A DNA stretch of 64,000 bases from Octopus sinensis (Eukaryota): NCBI RefSeq assembly GCF_006345805.1, contig NC_042999.1:165912001-165976000 (forward strand), in the 5' to 3' direction. The notes below the pieces were generated by a model. That model saw nothing but the letters and a program-made list of their open reading frames with translations, ran no database searches and had not been told where the DNA came from. A program made the translations under genes and the position numbers. Of this stretch, positions 62,481 to 64,000 are shown piece after piece. The number at the start of each line of letters is the position of its first letter. Within the stretch, counting starts at the first letter, position 1.

Positions 62481-63782
62481 GCTCAAAATGAAGCCAGTAT
62501 GCTCCGATGGATGTGTAATGTCAGTGTTCATACTCAACAGAGTGTATGTACCTTGAGAGAAAAGTTGGACCTAAGAAGCATCAGTTGTGGTGTGCAAGAG
62601 AGATGTTTGCGCTGGTATGGTCATGTGACGAGAATGGATGAAGATAGTTGTGTGAAAAAGTGCCACACCCTAGCAGTTGAGGGAACCTGTGGAAGAGGTA
62701 GACCCAGGAAAACCTGGGACGAGGTGGTGAAGCACGACCTTCGAAATTTAGGTCTCACCGAGGAAATGACTAGAGACCGAGACCTATGGAAGTATGCTGT
62801 GGGTGAGAAGACCTGGCAGGACAAGTGAGACCATAACATATGGCCTCTACCTGGGATGTAGCCAGTCCACCTATGCATACCTTTCCTTCTTGGGACACAA
62901 AACTCTACTTGTGAAGACCTGTTGGGGCAAGTGAGAATCAGAATCAAAATCGAAATCGATCAACATCAATGGAAATTGTAGCTGTGATACCAGTACTGGT
63001 GGCACGTAAAAAGCACCATCCGACCGTGGCCGTTTGCCAGCCCCGTCTGGCACCTGTGCCGGTGGCACGTAAAAAGCACCCACTACACTCACGGAGTGGT
63101 TGGCGTTAGGAAGGGCATCCAGCCGTAGAAACATTGCCAGATCAGACTGGGCCTGGTGCAGCCTTCTGGCTTCCTAAACCCCAGTTGAACCGTCCAACCC
63201 ATGCTAGCATGGAAAGCGGACGCTAAATGATAATGATGATGATATATAAAAATACAAAATGGACAAGAATGCAAAACATCCGAATAGCTAGGTGATACAA
63301 AAAGGGACAACAAAACATCCAGATAGGCGATACAAAGAAAACAAGGATGGGTCATTCGAAGTTTTCTTTCCTCAGTCAAACACCAGATTATCCTCGCAAT
63401 TTCGGCTGATCATTCTTGAGATTGCTCCAATCTGACCAGCCCCAAGGAAAAACTAAGCTAAGAGCATTAGATTCCTTGGAAGAAAGCAGTGAATGTATAC
63501 AAAAACAAGGACGGAAAAAAACAGACAAAGTTACACAAATATAAACACAATAATAAATACAATAAAAATATTTTTATTATATTTATTATTGTATTTGTGT
63601 AACTTTGTTCGTTTTTAATATTTAATAATCATAGCATTTTATTTAATCTGTATGTAGTATGAGTGAATGTATTGTATTGTTAATCTTACTTACCGACACT
63701 TTCAACTTGTACTTGTTACATGACTTAATAAATCTTCTAAAGCCATCAGTCTCCTTGGTAGCAATTGTTACTATTAAGAGTT
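13193..63782 (-). CDS. PLOD: Procollagen-lysine,2-oxoglutarate 5-dioxygenase (multifunctional lysyl hydroxylase/glycosyltransferase, PLOD1/2/3 family); 19 coding exons in window, 5' exon outside
   Basis: Exons join in frame (2105 nt = 2 nt + 700 codons + stop). GT motifs [27 protein letters not shown]; LH motifs [33 protein letters not shown]...SFIDP*. Confidence 0.98.
13787..14017 (+). mobile_element. Internally deleted mariner (MITE); other copies ~20108-20323(+), 27956-28130(+), 45568-45785(-)
   Basis: TA-flanked TIRs (cgagggtgctgaaaagttcc-like). Interior encodes a mariner transposase C-terminus, e.g. [17 protein letters not shown] / (C)VNLRGEYVE*. Confidence 0.8.
14165..14665 (+). mobile_element. 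RTE LINE 3' end (degenerate ORF end plus tail)
   Basis: [31 protein letters not shown]-like coding remnant followed by the RTE tail. Confidence 0.75.
15577..15705 (-). CDS. PLOD: PLOD exon 18
   Basis: ag|[43 protein letters not shown]|gtaaga; 129 nt; contains the Fe-binding HxD. Confidence 0.97.
17503..17885 (+). mobile_element. CORE-like tRNA SINE family A, near full length; other copies ~15815-16395(+, split), 20340-20500(-), 20823-20930(+), 23575-23740(-), 33050-33220(-), 40915-41300(+), 47490-47775(-), 48200-48355(+), 53080-53215(-), 54038-54432(-)
   Basis: tRNA-like head, ggcaccttgggcaagtgtc CORE-like motif, internal (TG)n, tail ggcggtgctccagcatggc..cagtc..atgactgaaacaagtaaaag. Confidence 0.85.
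18504..18650 (-). CDS. PLOD: PLOD exon 17
   Basis: gcag|[49 protein letters not shown]|gtaatg; 147 nt. Confidence 0.97.
19030..20005 (-). mobile_element. CR1-group LINE, 5'-truncated 3' part of RT plus 3' UTR
   Basis: ORF 19445..19993: YADDIKL...LQSDLD...W...KC..MHFG...ERDLGI...[14 protein letters not shown]. Confidence 0.9.
21264..21368 (-). CDS. PLOD: PLOD exon 16
   Basis: ttcag|[35 protein letters not shown]|gtaagt; 105 nt. Confidence 0.97.
21492..22545 (+). mobile_element. Solo LTR (~1.05 kb)
   Basis: TGTAG...CTACA termini; CCAAT boxes (ctgattgg, ccaatca), TATA-like tttaaata, AATAAA at ~22370; ATTGAAT direct repeat on both flanks; no internal coding region. Diverged relative at ~55720-55990. 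Confidence 0.7.
22688..22756 (-). CDS. PLOD: PLOD exon 15
   Basis: tttag|[23 protein letters not shown]|gtattg; 69 nt. Confidence 0.96.
23934..24203 (+). repeat. 270-bp segment, donor copy of a near-identical local duplication (second copy 26633-26902)
   Basis: The two copies read identically by eye except catagagcc vs catagaccc near the 3' end. Confidence 0.9.
25666..26632. mobile_element. Tail-to-tail pair of family A SINEs (+ 25666-26022; - 26268-26632)
   Basis: Both carry the complete SINE A body and tail in opposite orientation, about 245 bp apart. Confidence 0.85.
27000..27357 (+). mobile_element. Tc1/mariner 3' remnant
   Basis: Frameshifted [37 protein letters not shown] (transposase C-terminus); terminal ...ctgggacatcctg|TA TIR. 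Confidence 0.65.
27561..27674 (-). CDS. PLOD: PLOD exon 14
   Basis: ttcag|[38 protein letters not shown]|gtaagt; 114 nt. Confidence 0.96.
28423..28555 (-). CDS. PLOD: PLOD exon 13
   Basis: ttcag|t [44 protein letters not shown]|gtaagg; 133 nt. Confidence 0.96.
28873..29245 (-). mobile_element. Non-autonomous Helitron (second family)
   Basis: Minus-strand 3' end cccaggcaacgccggatgcattgCTAG|T (hairpin + CTAG); 5' end runs into a (TA)n array. Confidence 0.65.
31590..31825 (-). mobile_element. Helitron RepHel coding remnant
   Basis: Minus strand: [18 protein letters not shown]...[40 protein letters not shown], matching the Helitron PTxNEVA...THxSYDALQYP...GxDG motif; disrupted. Confidence 0.8.
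33766..34270. repeat. Degenerate 18-bp minisatellite (consensus ~GATTGATAGAATGTAGAG)
   Basis: e.g. cagatgattgatataacg x2 at ~33937-33972; the periodicity explains the three overlapping minus ORFs (INHLRY repeats). Confidence 0.8.
34405..34530 (-). CDS. PLOD: PLOD exon 12
   Basis: tacag|a [41 protein letters not shown] cg|gtgagt; 126 nt. Confidence 0.98.
34721..34822 (-). CDS. PLOD: PLOD exon 11
   Basis: ttcag|t [33 protein letters not shown] ag|gtatgt; 102 nt. Confidence 0.96.
37773..37894 (-). CDS. PLOD: PLOD exon 10
   Basis: tacag|[40 protein letters not shown] gt|gtaagt; 122 nt; phases match neighbours. Confidence 0.93.
40130..40261 (-). CDS. PLOD: PLOD exon 9
   Basis: ttcag|[44 protein letters not shown]|gtgagt; 132 nt. 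Confidence 0.96.
41340..44400 (-). mobile_element. Host RTE 3' end split by the RLE element (tail 41340-41575; ORF end and UTR 44198-44400)
   Basis: Right piece encodes [22 protein letters not shown]...EEMTRN; left piece is the (GAT)n-tailed RTE UTR; same orientation and correct order. Confidence 0.7.
41576..44197 (+). mobile_element. 5'-truncated non-LTR retrotransposon with restriction-like endonuclease (R2 group, HERO-like), inactive
   Basis: RT motifs [21 protein letters not shown]; Zn-knuckle [14 protein letters not shown]; RHNQVL; [20 protein letters not shown] and GWNVEY...GARGF. TAAGTGG TSD at 41569-41575 and 44198-44204. Several stops and frameshifts. Confidence 0.9.
44974..45075 (-). 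CDS. PLOD: PLOD exon 8
   Basis: tttag|[34 protein letters not shown]|gtaaaa; 102 nt. Confidence 0.96.
46685..46782 (-). CDS. PLOD: PLOD exon 7
   Basis: gtag|gt [32 protein letters not shown]|gtaaag; 98 nt. Confidence 0.97.
49300..50530 (-). mobile_element. CR1-group LINE RT and C-terminal part
   Basis: [35 protein letters not shown]...[20 protein letters not shown]. Confidence 0.9.
50540..51120 (+). mobile_element. CR1-group endonuclease end and linker, inverted relative to the adjacent RT piece
   Basis: Plus strand: [22 protein letters not shown]...WDHK then [19 protein letters not shown], i.e. the T-R-xxN-LDL-FTN / SDH / N-F-xKADW motifs. Confidence 0.7.
51584..51647 (-). CDS. PLOD: PLOD exon 6
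   Basis: tatag|[21 protein letters not shown] g|gtaaat; 64 nt. Confidence 0.97.
51735..52970 (-). mobile_element. RTE LINE 5' portion (5' UTR plus APE endonuclease), degenerate
   Basis: [36 protein letters not shown]; frameshifted. Confidence 0.88.
53273..53385 (-). CDS. PLOD: PLOD exon 5
   Basis: tgaag|gt [37 protein letters not shown]|gtaagt; 113 nt. Confidence 0.97.
55720..55990 (+). mobile_element. Diverged fragment related to the solo LTR at 21492
   Basis: Shared collinear blocks gaccc.gttgtgt..ac..ctgattggttgg, aaccaatc, cagacctt.ta.ggtcta..cactgaccac. Confidence 0.6.
57199..57250 (-). CDS. PLOD: PLOD exon 4 (52 nt)
   Basis: ctttcag|[17 protein letters not shown] g|gtaagt. Confidence 0.97.
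57834..58043 (+). mobile_element. piggyBac-type MITE; other copies ~14826-15057(+), 17210-17430(+), 34884-35101(-), 52990-53240(-, split by a SINE)
   Basis: TTAA|CCCTTTAGCATT...AATTCTAAAGGG|TTAA: TIRs with TTAA TSD. Confidence 0.85.
58509..58881 (+). mobile_element. Non-autonomous Helitron (family H1, copy 2)
   Basis: A|TC...; 3' hairpin cccgagcaaagccggg and CTAG|T; collinear with 10110-10486. Confidence 0.85.
59245..59359 (-). CDS. PLOD: PLOD exon 3
   Basis: tgtag|c [38 protein letters not shown]|gtaaga; 115 nt. Confidence 0.97.
59893..60052. repeat. Compound (TAA)n/(CAT)n trinucleotide microsatellite
   Basis: Directly visible; source of the poly-Ile/Met ORFs. Confidence 0.95.
60262..60398 (-). 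CDS. PLOD: PLOD exon 2
   Basis: tgtag|[45 protein letters not shown] ag|gtaagt; 137 nt. Confidence 0.97.
60480..60818 (+). mobile_element. RTE fragment with the RT domain deleted in frame
   Basis: [43 protein letters not shown] fused to [14 protein letters not shown]...[11 protein letters not shown]. Confidence 0.8.
62018..62290 (+). mobile_element. Penelope-like GIY-YIG endonuclease fragment
   Basis: [23 protein letters not shown]...YYIDTT..KFK...HIRSF...KFIWDLK. Confidence 0.8.
62474..63243 (+). mobile_element. RTE 3' end with complete UTR and (GAT)n tail
   Basis: ORF 62499..62828 MLRWMCNV...[10 protein letters not shown]...[17 protein letters not shown]...RDRDLW, then UTR with a ~57-bp subrepeat and tail. 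Confidence 0.9.
63525..63608. repeat. Near-perfect foldback palindrome
   Basis: acaaagttacacaaat[ataaac]acaataataaatacaataaaaat|atttttattatatttattattgtatttgtgtaactttgt. Confidence 0.9.
63694..63782 (-). CDS. PLOD: PLOD exon 1 in window (second or later exon of the gene)
   Basis: tgtag|aa [29 protein letters not shown]|gtaagt; 89 nt; matches PLOD LLVITVATxETxG..RF. Confidence 0.96.
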
Positions 63783-64000
63783 CTACAATAGAGAAAAAGA
63801 ACAACTTGGTAACATAATTTATTCTGAAAGCTTTCTACATCAAACATGTTTGACAACTGACTTTGATAAAGCACAAACTATAACAGGACACACTTTTCTC
63901 TAGCCCAGCAGCAGAGTGTGTCAACAAGCAGATAACAAGCTGTGACAGGTAGACTTCAGCAATAGAGGTACACAAACAAGAAAATATGGATTAGATAGAA

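Overview
AT-rich, repeat-dense eukaryotic DNA. The SINE/RTE repeat set suggests a coleoid cephalopod, probably Octopus (inference). Two convergent genes are present. (1) The last two coding exons of a ZDHHC3/7-type palmitoyltransferase lie on the + strand (2980-3110, 6333-6491). (2) A PLOD gene (procollagen lysyl hydroxylase/glycosyltransferase) lies on the - strand. I traced 19 coding exons (63782 to 13193, 2105 nt), all GT-AG, with consistent phases; only the 5'-most signal-peptide exon(s) fall outside the window. The introns hold tRNA-derived SINEs, RTE, CR1-type and Penelope-like retroelement fragments, a 5'-truncated RLE (HERO-like) LINE with a 7-bp TSD nested in an RTE, a solo LTR, Helitrons, and mariner and piggyBac-type MITEs. 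I found no convincing new multi-gene system. The best leads are mechanistic: a templated 270-bp insertion inside a SINE, an RT-deleted RTE whose junction occurs twice, a 5'-inverted CR1-type LINE, a foldback palindrome, intronic inverted repeats, an apparently extra PLOD intron, and substitutions at normally conserved PLOD residues. Most ORFs in the supplied track are spurious (microsatellite or TE derived). Repeat boundaries are approximate unless a TSD or TIR is quoted.
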